A stretch of 57,914 bases of DNA. Source: a virus (Duplodnaviria > Caudoviricetes). Positions 33,701-40,471 of the stretch are shown here, piece after piece (positions within the stretch are counted from its first letter, which is position 1; the number at the start of each line of letters is the position of its first letter). The stretch lies in IMG/VR virus record IMGVR_UViG_3300010160_004367, positions 1 through 57,914 of that record. The stretch is one strand, 5' to 3'. The notes beneath the pieces are model-generated. The model ran no database searches, had not been told where the DNA came from, and saw only the letters and a program-made list of their open reading frames with translations. A program made the position numbers and the translations under genes.

Positions 33701-36700
33701 ACGCAGGCAGCGGTTACACTGCCACTCCTACAGTCACAATTGAAGGCGGCGGCGGCGCTGGGTCAGGCGCTGTGGTATATCCTAGAATGACCGGCCAGGG
33801 TATTGGCCAAGATTATAGCACACAAACACCAGGCCCAGTGCAGAACTACAATCTAGCACGTTCTCTGCGCACAGTGATGAAATATGACCGTTGCCAATAC
33901 CAAACTTCTGTGCAAACTTGGAGTTCAAACGGCACATATGAGAATGGCACCTTGGTGCGTTACGATGATCGTGTTTGGTCAGCTTCCAGCTCTGACGGCA
34001 GCAGTGCTGTGGTCGGACCAACATTTGACATTGAAAATTGGACTTTGGTTAATGCAGCCACATACACCTATCCAGGGTCTCTGTATCCCACTGGGTTGAC
34101 TGGTGTTGACCGTACCATGGGTTTGTATGTGCCTGGAGTAAACGAACCAGGACTTCAATTGCCATTGCTGGTGGACGGTATTGATTATCCTGGCACACAA
34201 GTCTGGGGCGATTATTTTGCTGGCAACATCACTTTGGATGCCAACTACCAGAGCCAATTTGCAGACATCTATCTTGGCACACGCTACAGCGACATCAATG
34301 TTGATGGCGGCGAGTTTATTGGTCCATACGAAGGGCATGCTCCTGAAGAGTTGGTCAATGGCAGTGAATATGACACACTAGATCTGCGTGTTTACACTCG
34401 CCCAGGTGCTGACTGGACTGTTGACGGCCACGGATTCCAAATAAAACAAATCAACTACATATACCATCCAGCAATTACCAATGTATACAGTTGGGCTGGA
34501 ATCGTTAATGCTCCTGTGCAAGTATTGGTTGCCAATCTCTCCACTGGATACAAACTAGTGCAAGACCACGATTATGTGGTGGATTACAATGTTCAAAACA
34601 TCACAATACTTGGCGGTGTAAGTGCTGAACAAATTATCAATATAGCAGTGTTTGAGCTGGGAGGCGGTAATCAATTGTATCGCGGATCTTACCAGGGACA
34701 AGATATTGTTGCTACTGATAATTCTACTATTATACCAGTCAACTACAAAGAAATTGTGGAATTTGCAGTGTTCCAGAACGGTCAACCTACTGCGCAACCT
34801 ACATATCGTCCTTACAGCGAATCTATTGAATGGAATCTTAACAATTCATACTCTGCATTGGATATAGTATACAATGACAACTTGGTCACATGTACTTCTA
34901 CAAATTCAACATACAGCACTATCACCTGTAACGATGCCAGTGCCTTGGTAGAAGGCCAGCCCATTGTGTTCTCAGGCACAGTGTTTGGTGGTATAGTTGC
35001 TGGCACAACATATTATGTGTTGAGCGTTCCAAATGCCACACAATTCTTTATTACCAGTGTTGCTGGTTCTACCACAGCATTGACATTGACTGATGCGTCA
35101 GGTTCAATGACTGGGACTCCAACTGGCACATACTATCGTGCTATACAATCAGTCATCCCGGGCATATTCTTGAACAACACCACATATTGGTTGCCGTTTG
35201 TGCCAACATTGAATACCAAAGTGACATTTGCCACTGAAATTGCAGCAACTGATGGAGTATCTTTAACTGCCATGGGCATTGCAACGGCATTTTCAATAAC
35301 CAACACCACAGTTACCACAAATGCAATTACCTTGCAAGGTAGCACCAGTGGACTGAGTGTGGGACAACAAGTTTCGTTCTCAGGCAACAGCCTGGGTGGC
35401 ATTGAAGCTGGTGTTGTTTACTATGTGTTGAGCATCGTCAACGGCAACAGCTTTACTGTTGAAGCCACGCTAGGTTCAGGCATTGCTGTGACATTGATAA
35501 CTGATGCTGCTGTCTGGACTGGAGAACTGACAGCTAAATTTGTTCCAACAAACTACACCAGCTGGAGCACACCAATTGTTCAAACATTTGTGGTAGACAA
35601 CAACACATACACCACAAAAACATTTATTCTAACCAATAGTTTGGAAGGAACCAATCCTGCAAATCTCATTGTGCTACAAAATGGTTTGAGATTGCAGCCT
35701 CCACAAGGCATCGAATGGATTGGCGATGACAGCAGTGTCAGTTTTGGGTTGCCACAACGCGGCGGCTACGATCAAAACATTATTAATCCTCCATCAGATA
35801 TCTCTGTGTGGGTAGACAATGTATTACAAGTGCAAAGCGTTGGAGCCATTGTTGGTGATTACAGTGTCACAGCCTGGGATGGCAGCAATGTGCCAGGACG
35901 ACAAGTGGTGTTCAACACAGCACCGGCCGCTGGTGCAAGAATTTTGATATCAGTCAGCACTGTAGCAGATTATAACGTATCAGGCGACCAACTGCAAGTT
36001 ATTCCAAACATCAACATTGGTGACTATATCACTGTCATCACCTGGAATGATACTGCGGAACAAAATATATTGACTTTGGTATTTAACGGGCCGGTGCAAA
36101 CTGGTTTGACCATCAATGAACCATATGACAGCACCAACTATGACAGTGGTTCTGTAGACTATGCTCCTGGAGCATATGACTATACCATTGGCACAGCAGT
36201 GGCCGTAAATGATTTTGATTTGCAACGCACTGGAGTGAGTGCCAACAGACTATGGGTAACATTGAATGGTTATCAGTTGTTTGAAGGGTCAGATTTCACA
36301 GTAGACGGACAATACTTGATACTGGCATCTGGGGCAATCCCAGTTGGGGCAATTTTGGCGGTTACAGAATTTACAGAAAGCATTGTGCCTGAAGCTGTGG
36401 CGTTCCGTATATTCCAAGACATGCGTGGAGTTCAAGCAACTTACAGAATGACTCCCGCAACCACCACTGTGCTGACTCAGTCATTGAGCACCACAGCAGA
36501 CACAATATATGTTGACAATGCCAGCAACTTGACTGAACCCAATCTGCCAGATGGTATTTTTGGTATTATCACTGTTGACAGCGAGCGTATCATGTATCGT
36601 TACAGAGATACTGCTTTGAACACAGTAAGTGGTTTGCAACGCGGCACCGCTGGCACAGCCATATCCGCCCACGCAATTGGTTCTATTGTTTACGATATTG

Positions 36701-37113
36701 GTTCAGGCAATTTGCTGACATCAGCTTATCAAGATTACATAGTTAAAGATACCACCTTGGGCGATGGCACAACCACTGTGTTTTATGCTCCAAACATAGA
36801 CATCAGCGACTTCAGTGATTCAAGCACAACTTATGTAGAAAGTATTGAAGTTTATGTGGGCGGCATACGCCAATACAACTACAGCGAAACCAGTGCTGAT
36901 TCACAATATCGTTACATCGTAACTGACTTTGGTCCATTGGCAATTGAGTTTGTCACTGACGGCACTTACCAAGCTCCTGCAGCCGGTGTTGAAGTCACTA
37001 TTCTGCAACGCCGAGGAAAGAGTTGGTATCAACCAGGTATCAACACTGCCAGCGATGGCGTAGCACTGCAAGAAACTGACACCGTAGCCGCAAGGTTTTT
37101 GTGTGACAGATAA
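21745..37113 (+). CDS. Giant 5122-aa virion structural protein (gp7-like wedge/adhesin) with FG-GAP propeller, CBM-like and repeated beta-domains
   Basis: Uninterrupted ORF directly after gp6 (TAATG overlap). N-terminal FLPQIFQT...FL resembles wedge proteins; DYIQEVKPYH motif; seven FG-GAP-like repeats; several repeated modules. Confidence 0.8.
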   Translation: MARTRSVDFLPQIFQTPVNKQFLSATLDTLVQEPKFKQTQGFIGRTVGPGVNPNDKYVSELDKTRRDYQLEPGVVSLIPDTDKIKNVITYPGINDAIGFQGGDSTRPDQLYNSDYYAWDPFVNYDAFINFSQYYWLPSGPDRVDVYSTGIPVSENFVVTRANGAYTFSGQNGTNPTLELVRGGSYTFQVAQNTKETVNYRVSNQSISGYVIDQQLNPTLTLVRGNTYVFNLNLRGDYPFWIKTQQVLGTGNAYDSGVSRNGSIIGLVTFVVPQDAPDTLYYVSENQPNLTGTFNIIDATPGTGDDFWIQSFPGVDGVNPTTPNQGTRNVFGVVNNGTDLGTITFEVPQKTAQQFYFNLTDVGPVDLLTTLDYNQINNQPYLEFIVATGGIDGITYLNTRTLVFVNSSNDTNVYQIQLVTVDGIEYINLAPIFTIGVNEKFSILYGITWSNYSWYKNAAGIFEQIPQLTANLDRLYYQDGSDANIFGQIRLIEPADSTTLDIANVLGKKSYTSPNGVAFSNGLKVRFTGDVIPASYGSGTTEFTCTATINGSNYITTASTDGLYEGEQIVFPNGTLGGIVSGQIYYIKSISANRIQFSISTVVDGPSVLLTAATGTMNAVATSNREYYVAGVGTAIELLPVTDFITPETYVVDANDSTIASEPDQLDYLTISRASKDLNAWTRSNRWFHLSVIQASATYNNVVASFDNNYRAKRPIIEFRSDIRLYNMGTQGKQPVDVIDFEQTDALSNVQGTTSYSVDGYAFVDGSRVIFAADEDANVRNKIYTVQFIDPDSLPLTTAGNFAIKATYRINTLGTTDWNAAAGTTGVTYAVGSTFVAATAGSGTGTAYFDQPIINLVLTADGNVLYDDSVVCLDGTSLKGLTFWYDGVSWTEAQQKTKVQQAPLFDVYDLQGISFSNKVKYPSSTFIGSKLFSYAVGDTGILDPVLQFPLQYLNINNVGDIVFENNLYKDTFLYVLDNVSITSDISSGAAREYASRTVYEKLIGWQNAVTTSQVYQQFKFTYTGQTLKLDVAANADTVIPSIKIYVGSAFQPPETYSYTTTVDSTTITLNKVYLPTDIIEVLVLSDQVSEIGFYQVPINLESNPLNGNSPSFTLGTIRTHYESICENLTDLSGPVNGANNSRDLGNLVPYGLVILQQSSPLTMAGYFLRSEQFNIFSSLQYNSQEYLKFKGQMLNAVTQQNLQYQTAGQILDTAIDSVIQGRVETQPFYWSDMLPSGGSYVSNSYTVSYTTTASFPTQQVYSYTSANYLGMDVYLNDTILIRDYEYVVATDGPRITITTTLNIGDVVRIQEYSATYGSFVPNTPTKLGLYPAYRPQYIEQKTSTGTALCILGHDGSVTRVFNDVRDEVLLEFEKRIYNNLKLDGNPVPLTIYDVLPGQFRTTGYSINEINSILSQDFLSYVAWNKLDYRTQDYQANNEFTWNYSGSEGKLDNSALPGAWRGIYRYYYDTQQPELTPWEMLGLSIKPDWWETLYGPAPYTQDNLVLWDDLENGRVADPAGAYYLSKFARPGLTSVIPTGTQGELLSPFDSVVGTYNAQTFRKSWALGDGSPTEASWWNSSAYPFAVMRLLALTRPAKFFALFADRDLYKFNTELNQYLYNDRYRINAKDIEVYGNGVSKASYIDWIVDYNRQSGLNSTSELTADLDALDVRLCYRMASFSDKQYIKIYTEKSSPNSVNTTLLIPDESYNLVLYKNQPFDRVGYSSVVVQKTAGGYAVFGYSKTQPFFNTIGSQYTGQLQTFTSGGITVQVPTFYTNQVVQVPYGNVFANETAVSAFLLSYGEYLERQGLAFDDATNGYILTWGQMVNEFLYWSQQGWDENSLINLNPLAFKLSVTKPQAVIDSIVAQTSENILLDQNNRELPTRNLIITRLDNTFTVEPATDQTLSNIDLKYTSYEHMIVLNNTSAFGDLIYQPITGARQSRLNLIAYTSTEWNGSVDAQGFILNQNNIKEWDPYTTYAKGEIVLYKGAYWSAAEIVQPSELFNANNWYQSDYTRIELGLLPNLANKADQLINSYNINTANLETDNDLLSFGLIGFTPRQYMTALNLDDVSQLNVYRQFLGSKGTILSAELFSKVNLGKETGDYTIYENWAVQRAVYGANANRSLVQFRLNRALLSSNPSLVQVIDPGQVSQADQTIFLNEIWRQSYRLTSPNILPTTTTVPTDTALPSAGYVNVNDADITVFDINNTDSLAANIDAIEVGTTIWVAKTNVYDWDIYRAAAVPGIIAHVCDNLDGTSLVIFSQQHGLSVGEKLIIKFFDAEVNGVYDVISVVSLEKITIAFSFVGNRTVVDGTGIGFTLATQRVAQASDIINLPYANTLQPGAKVWVDNNGAGLWETLQKEEVFTQLTELAPVLNDVNQQYGSSVAQSRDKFSALAGSPRYRFPAGATLWNVANSYAEDSIVYIVDPYQTEFFQASQPVPQGIDIFNVTYWTPYSLTSLPTKGGVYVYVKSTNSNQYVPVSPLVAGDAVLTLDVTGVRSYGTAVDFGNKAWAVAGAPGSLGSLGQADNGYACVIYLAPDLGTPDTIPYGQWQLLTTPDSVSVDQGEFGYSVAMSLDERWMYIGAPGVNKVYAYGRVDWENQVLNLYGDGETTVYGISSMIQIDTATQLEVLVGGAEQVLNVDYTVDNAFTNVTFFTAPTEGDALQIKRTSRKLLDYGTYYGVTQTSTSGSGVNAEFTIIRQRNEVGQGNAPAATVGLVAVSSAGSSYAVGNTVTFAYTKFGGALVNGSIVLTITSVNGSGGITGFSTFYNPSVLTTVFSLNEYFFTATNIYSFSVLVDEVLQRPNIDYTFDSGTQDLTFVNSPARGSSILIRAEGYFEYVDTLTDPTLGVTDQFGYSVSTSTDGRQVIIGTPYSTQDGEVAAGSVYVFDRNVQKFIYGTDPSSVSFALLGSVTEPVSVLVNGTFLINEENSVLDAANTFTVSGPTVTINADLMVGDIIEIETNQFTQVQKITQSTAEPAAHFGQAVDLCSYNCSLYAGAPNSSVQEFHGGIVERNVNQSRAFGIITATVANPVLTSTGNTLRVNDIDVAVPASPNNTVAGLAEAINAAVPNVEATVSVAGYLTIAVKNSAAAAVGNKLQVAPGSAGGEVTFTELGFETFVYTQTILSPYPQTYAQFGASLSIDDSAVNLVVGSPNGTMYIPTDFDNYTALWDAGATEFFDLLFQSGTVYTYDLLPSSSSSVSNPDKFVFGQQIVNTDIAPYDQYGTSVSYVSGVLLSGAPGNERDDSTMSANYGRVFVSENPNRVPAWTVLTVEQPVVDIRLLNSVYAYDRITSATAEYFDFFNPLQGKILGAARQNLDYIGGLDPASYNVGPVNIRGTTWGSAHVGETWWDTSTVRFIDPNQDDIVYASRRWGQLFPGSTVDVYQWIVSDVAPANYVGPGIPHNTLSYAINTVLTQTGTFVTEYYFWVRGLTTTATQKGKTLPISTVANYIEDPRASGIAYVAPINASTIALYNAADYIVAQDTILSIEFDREATDSNVHVEYELVPQDKADGWISSNLYRKLQDSFCGVDTSGNLVPDVNLGPAERYGVQFRPRQSMFIDRYAALKNYLTRANTVLARYPVTENRTFILLNSQEPEPSASSGEWNKRVANLEILGFQDIYAVPVGYKYLVDSDSRNRGLWTIYTVGTTSTSAGVIRSLTLTRVQNYDTRQYWSYVDWYLPGYNTSSQIITTVPNYAGLGFLDLPVGSSVKVLANTQNKYEIYIRTLTGWDRVGLQDGTIEFSATLWDYALGRFGYDVEVFDAQYFDQEPVIETRKIIQAINEELFVDDLLIERNRSLTLMFNFVLSEFSAPGWLIKTSLIDVEHRIRSLLPYQNYTQDNQEFVLDYIQEVKPYHVQVKEFNLIYNGFNEWFGDMTDFDLPAYYNSSLEVPQYTSPILLPYNHGNAVGSTSNKLSDLPSDSTVWASWPYNQWFGNYTLSVDSVAVVAGGTGYTTPPTVVFTGNAIVPAQAVTVLNSQGEVVAVNVTYAGSGYTATPTVTIEGGGGAGSGAVVYPRMTGQGIGQDYSTQTPGPVQNYNLARSLRTVMKYDRCQYQTSVQTWSSNGTYENGTLVRYDDRVWSASSSDGSSAVVGPTFDIENWTLVNAATYTYPGSLYPTGLTGVDRTMGLYVPGVNEPGLQLPLLVDGIDYPGTQVWGDYFAGNITLDANYQSQFADIYLGTRYSDINVDGGEFIGPYEGHAPEELVNGSEYDTLDLRVYTRPGADWTVDGHGFQIKQINYIYHPAITNVYSWAGIVNAPVQVLVANLSTGYKLVQDHDYVVDYNVQNITILGGVSAEQIINIAVFELGGGNQLYRGSYQGQDIVATDNSTIIPVNYKEIVEFAVFQNGQPTAQPTYRPYSESIEWNLNNSYSALDIVYNDNLVTCTSTNSTYSTITCNDASALVEGQPIVFSGTVFGGIVAGTTYYVLSVPNATQFFITSVAGSTTALTLTDASGSMTGTPTGTYYRAIQSVIPGIFLNNTTYWLPFVPTLNTKVTFATEIAATDGVSLTAMGIATAFSITNTTVTTNAITLQGSTSGLSVGQQVSFSGNSLGGIEAGVVYYVLSIVNGNSFTVEATLGSGIAVTLITDAAVWTGELTAKFVPTNYTSWSTPIVQTFVVDNNTYTTKTFILTNSLEGTNPANLIVLQNGLRLQPPQGIEWIGDDSSVSFGLPQRGGYDQNIINPPSDISVWVDNVLQVQSVGAIVGDYSVTAWDGSNVPGRQVVFNTAPAAGARILISVSTVADYNVSGDQLQVIPNINIGDYITVITWNDTAEQNILTLVFNGPVQTGLTINEPYDSTNYDSGSVDYAPGAYDYTIGTAVAVNDFDLQRTGVSANRLWVTLNGYQLFEGSDFTVDGQYLILASGAIPVGAILAVTEFTESIVPEAVAFRIFQDMRGVQATYRMTPATTTVLTQSLSTTADTIYVDNASNLTEPNLPDGIFGIITVDSERIMYRYRDTALNTVSGLQRGTAGTAISAHAIGSIVYDIGSGNLLTSAYQDYIVKDTTLGDGTTTVFYAPNIDISDFSDSSTTYVESIEVYVGGIRQYNYSETSADSQYRYIVTDFGPLAIEFVTDGTYQAPAAGVEVTILQRRGKSWYQPGINTASDGVALQETDTVAARFLCDR

Positions 37114-37119
37114 CACGGA

Positions 37120-37125
37120 TAAATA
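37120..37125 (+). promoter_or_regulatory. Late promoter box (gATAAATA)
   Basis: Intergenic, just upstream of ATG 37133. Confidence 0.6.
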
Positions 37126-37132
37126 AAAGACC

Positions 37133-37285
37133 ATGTCAAATACAGCACCAAAACAGTCAACTGAGACTCAACAAAAAGAGGCACAGCCCCGTCGTCCCAA
37201 TGAAACAGGCACAATCAGCGTTCAGGCCCACATGAGAATTTTTGATCCAAAAACACAAAAAACTTACGTGGAGGGAAGAGCATGA
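37133..37285 (+). CDS. 50-aa small protein, paralogous to the N-terminus of the next gene
   Basis: Below the ORF-track cutoff: MSNTAPKQSTETQQKEAQPRRPNETGTISVQAHMRIFDPKTQKTYVEGRA. It fills the gap, follows a late box and has an ATGA overlap with 37282. Confidence 0.75.
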   Translation: MSNTAPKQSTETQQKEAQPRRPNETGTISVQAHMRIFDPKTQKTYVEGRA

Positions 37286-37890
37286 TCATTCAGCCTGGAC
37301 TGTGCAAAATTGAGGGATTTGTCAAAATACACGATCCCAACACTGGTGAAGTTCTTGTGGACAAAAAGAACGCAATCCATTACGAAAACATCAGTTTGGC
37401 CATGGCTCAGACCCTGAGCAATCGTGACATAGGATACATTTATTTGATGGCATTTGGCAATGGTGGCAGCTCAGTAGATCCCACAGGGGTTATCACATAT
37501 TTGCCCCCGAATACCACAGGGCAAAACGCTGACTTGTATAACCAAACTTATGCCAAAGTGGTTGATGATAACTCAGCCGCTGACACAGACCCAGAAAACA
37601 ACAAAATGACGCCGCTACATACCAGTGGCAACGTTTACAGTGATATTCTTGTGACTTGTTTACTGGATTACGGTGAGCCACCAGAACAGCAGGCATTTGA
37701 TAATTCAACCAATTTTAACGGTGAATATGTGTTTGATGAACTTGGATTAAAGACCTGGAATGGCTCTGCAGATAATCTACGTCTAATTACTCATGTAATT
37801 TTTCATCCAGTACAAAAGAGTTTGAATCGCCAGATTCAAATTGATTACACACTGCGTATACAGACGCTGAGTAACATAAATGCTGTATAA
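37282..37890 (+). CDS. Virion structural protein (baseplate/tail-collar-like)
   Basis: KNAIHYEN, MAFGNGG, LDYGEP, FDELGL and THVIFHPVQKSLNR motifs; located in the tail module. Confidence 0.65.
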   Translation: MIIQPGLCKIEGFVKIHDPNTGEVLVDKKNAIHYENISLAMAQTLSNRDIGYIYLMAFGNGGSSVDPTGVITYLPPNTTGQNADLYNQTYAKVVDDNSAADTDPENNKMTPLHTSGNVYSDILVTCLLDYGEPPEQQAFDNSTNFNGEYVFDELGLKTWNGSADNLRLITHVIFHPVQKSLNRQIQIDYTLRIQTLSNINAV

Positions 37891-37893
37891 ATA
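37886..37893 (+). promoter_or_regulatory. Perfect T4 late promoter TATAAATA before the tail fibre gene
   Basis: Exact T4 late consensus overlapping the upstream TAA, followed by AGGA Shine-Dalgarno and ATG 37915. Confidence 0.75.
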
Positions 37894-37914
37894 TAGCAAC
37901 CAGGAATAACTGAC

Positions 37915-40458
37915 ATGGCATATACAATTAATCTAACAAACGGTACAGTTTTTGCTACCATTGCCGATGGTACTATAAATCAAATTGCAAGTGGCACACC
38001 GGCTGTGCCACTGGTCACTTTGGTGGGTAAAAACTATGCTGGATACGGTGAATTTTTGGATGAGAACTTTGTTCACATACTGGAAAGCGGATCAAACTCT
38101 GTGGCGCCCACATCCCCTTTGACCGGGCAGTTATGGTGGGACAGCAGCAACAACATATTGAAAATTTACAGTGGCGCAGGCTTCAAATCAATCACTGGAT
38201 CAACCAGTTCAGCCAGCGCACCCACAACAACTGTGATAGCAGGTGATTTGTGGTTTGACAGCTCAAATCAACAGTTGAAAGTATACACTGGCTCTGCTTG
38301 GCTGGTAGTAGGTCCTGGCTACACCAGCGCACAAGGCACAAGTGGTGCTATTCCTGAAACAATTTTAAACAACGTTGGTGCTACCAAATACATCACCAGT
38401 TTGTATGTAAACAATGTGCGTGTGGGTGTGGTGTTTGATGGCGCCAGCTTTACTCCACAGGCCAGTTTGCAAGCAGCGTTCCCCACAATCTATCCAGGCT
38501 TGACATTGAGTTCCACTGTGAGTGGCGCAGTATTTGCTGGATCAGCCACAAACGCACAGTTGTTGGACAGCTTGGACAGCAGCCAATTCATGCGCACAGA
38601 TGCAAATACTTCTACAACTGGTATCCTGCGTGTGCAAAACAACACAGGCATATTTGTGGGCGTGAGCAATGTGTTCAACGTCAACACCACATCAACTGAT
38701 GCCAACGTCAAAAGCAATATTTCGGGTGGTAATTTAATTATTCAAGCCAACGTGGCTGGCACCACATACAATGTGGCCACTGCATTGGGTGCCAATGGCA
38801 CTTTTGCTGTGAGCAATGCTGCCACTGTGGGCACAACATTGGCAGTGACAGGCAACAGTTCTGGTGGTAATTTGACCACTGCTGGTCAAGTGAGTGCAAC
38901 TGCCAACATCACTGGCGGCAACATTATTACAGCAGCCTTGGTACAAGGTGCTACTGTGAGCTCAACAGCCAACGTACAAGCAGGTAATTTGCGCACAGTG
39001 GGATTGATTTCAGCAACTGGTAACATCACCAGTGCAGCCAATATTGCAGGCACATATATTTTGGGCAACGGCTCACAACTCACAGGTTTGAGCCTGGGTG
39101 TTAGTGTTACTAAATTTGTCAATGGAACCACAGAAGGCAACATTGGTGTTGCAGACGGCAACATAAATTTCAATGTGACTGGAACCAGCAATGTGTTGGT
39201 GCTCACCACTGGCACTGCATATTTTGCAGGTGGAGCCAATGTAACCAGTGTGGAAAAAGGCGGATCAAATGTTGTAGGCAACATTGGTGCAACCACCGGC
39301 GGCTGGTTCAACCAAGCATTTATTGCTGGAGTTAATTCTACAACAGTCAGTGCCAGTGGCAACGTAACTGGCGGCAATTTGATTACCGCAGCAGCAATAT
39401 CAGCAGCTTCGGTCAGTGCGTCGGGCAATATCACAGGTGGTAACGTGCTGGGCGGCGCCAACGTTAACGCTACCACACACACAGGAACCACTGTAAGTGT
39501 AACTGCTAACATAACCGGCGGCAATGTGTTGACCAGTGGATTGATATCTGCCACAGGCAACATCACCGGCGGTAACATTGCAGCCACAAATCACACAGGC
39601 ACCACAGCCAGTGTGACCGGCAACATCACAGGTGGCAACATACTAACCGGTGGCTTGGTTTCAGCAACAGGCAACGTCACAGGCAATTATATTCTAGGTA
39701 ATGGAGCACTACTAACTGGTGTTATTACATCAGTGGCCAACATCAACAACGGAACTTCAAATGTTGTAGTTGTAAGCTCAGGCGGCAATATTTCAGTTGG
39801 AGTTGGAGGCACATCAAACGTAGCTGTGTTTGCTACCACAGGTGAATATGTCACTGGATTGATCTCAGCAAGTGGCAACATCACAGGCGGCAACATGCTA
39901 ACCGGTGGTTTGGTTTCAGCTGTGGGATCAATTACTGGCGCAAGTTTGACAGTGTCAACTGGCAACATTGCTGGTGGTAACATCAACAACAACAACACCG
40001 CTGGCGTGGGCAATATTGGCACGGCCACAGTTGGATTTAACACTGTGTTTGCGTTGGCAACATCAGCACAATACGCTGACTTGGCAGAACGCTATGCAGC
40101 CGACGCAGTTTTAGAACCTGGTACAGTTGTGGACCTAGGCGGCACACACGAGATTACTCAATCCCAACAAGATTTAAGCGATGCGGTATTTGGAGTTATA
40201 AGTACATCGCCGGCACATTTGATGAATGCAGGTGCAGGTAATGACACAACACATCCTCCTGTGGCCATAATTGGGCGTGTGCCAACCAAAGTAACTGGTG
40301 CAGTGCGCAAAGGCGATAGACTGGTAAGTGCAGGCAACGGAACAGCCAGAGCAGCACAACCTGGCGAAGCCACATGGTTCAATGTTATTGGTCGCGCTTT
40401 AGAAAACAAAGATTTTGAAGAGTTGGGCGTGATCGAAGCCACAGTGAGCGTGAAATAA
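37915..40458 (+). CDS. Tail fibre protein with G/N/T/S-rich repeats and a C-terminal chaperone-like domain
   Basis: N-terminal LVGKNYAGYGE..ENF..LE, GQLWWD and GDLWFD attachment motifs; about a dozen GNITGGN-like repeats; C-terminal AQYADLAERY...PGTVV...GRVP.KV.G.V.KGDRLV. Confidence 0.8.
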   Translation: MAYTINLTNGTVFATIADGTINQIASGTPAVPLVTLVGKNYAGYGEFLDENFVHILESGSNSVAPTSPLTGQLWWDSSNNILKIYSGAGFKSITGSTSSASAPTTTVIAGDLWFDSSNQQLKVYTGSAWLVVGPGYTSAQGTSGAIPETILNNVGATKYITSLYVNNVRVGVVFDGASFTPQASLQAAFPTIYPGLTLSSTVSGAVFAGSATNAQLLDSLDSSQFMRTDANTSTTGILRVQNNTGIFVGVSNVFNVNTTSTDANVKSNISGGNLIIQANVAGTTYNVATALGANGTFAVSNAATVGTTLAVTGNSSGGNLTTAGQVSATANITGGNIITAALVQGATVSSTANVQAGNLRTVGLISATGNITSAANIAGTYILGNGSQLTGLSLGVSVTKFVNGTTEGNIGVADGNINFNVTGTSNVLVLTTGTAYFAGGANVTSVEKGGSNVVGNIGATTGGWFNQAFIAGVNSTTVSASGNVTGGNLITAAAISAASVSASGNITGGNVLGGANVNATTHTGTTVSVTANITGGNVLTSGLISATGNITGGNIAATNHTGTTASVTGNITGGNILTGGLVSATGNVTGNYILGNGALLTGVITSVANINNGTSNVVVVSSGGNISVGVGGTSNVAVFATTGEYVTGLISASGNITGGNMLTGGLVSAVGSITGASLTVSTGNIAGGNINNNNTAGVGNIGTATVGFNTVFALATSAQYADLAERYAADAVLEPGTVVDLGGTHEITQSQQDLSDAVFGVISTSPAHLMNAGAGNDTTHPPVAIIGRVPTKVTGAVRKGDRLVSAGNGTARAAQPGEATWFNVIGRALENKDFEELGVIEATVSVK
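38850..39985 (+). repeat. Imperfect coding repeats of (S/T)A(T/S)GN(I/V)TGGN, plus a duplicated ~55-aa module
   Basis: Recurrent ggcaacatcac(a/c)gg(c/t)gg(c/t)aac. The module YILGNG..LTG...NGT...GNI...V.GTSNV begins at 39055 and again at 39688. Confidence 0.85.
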
Positions 40459-40471
40459 TTAGGAACAAAAG

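Noticed and set aside
21745-37113. Intein or intron in the giant ORF or gp46
   Set aside because: No intein splice-junction pattern or LAGLIDADG/HNH motif was recognised; the extra length is explained by repeats and modules.
37133-37285. 50-aa ORF as a RiPP precursor for the SPASM/twitch enzymes
   Set aside because: It resembles the adjacent structural protein and lies in the late tail operon. No precursor peptide, peptidase, transporter or RRE domain was seen near the array.
38886-39587. 233-aa minus-strand ORF with LPPV repeats
   Set aside because: Reverse-frame read of the GNITGGN tail-fibre repeats, not an independent gene.
38850-39985. Repeats considered as a CRISPR array or DGR template/variable repeat pair
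   Set aside because: The repeats are in-frame, degenerate at third codon positions and lack unique spacers. No adenine-specific mismatch pattern was noticed and no reverse transcriptase is present.
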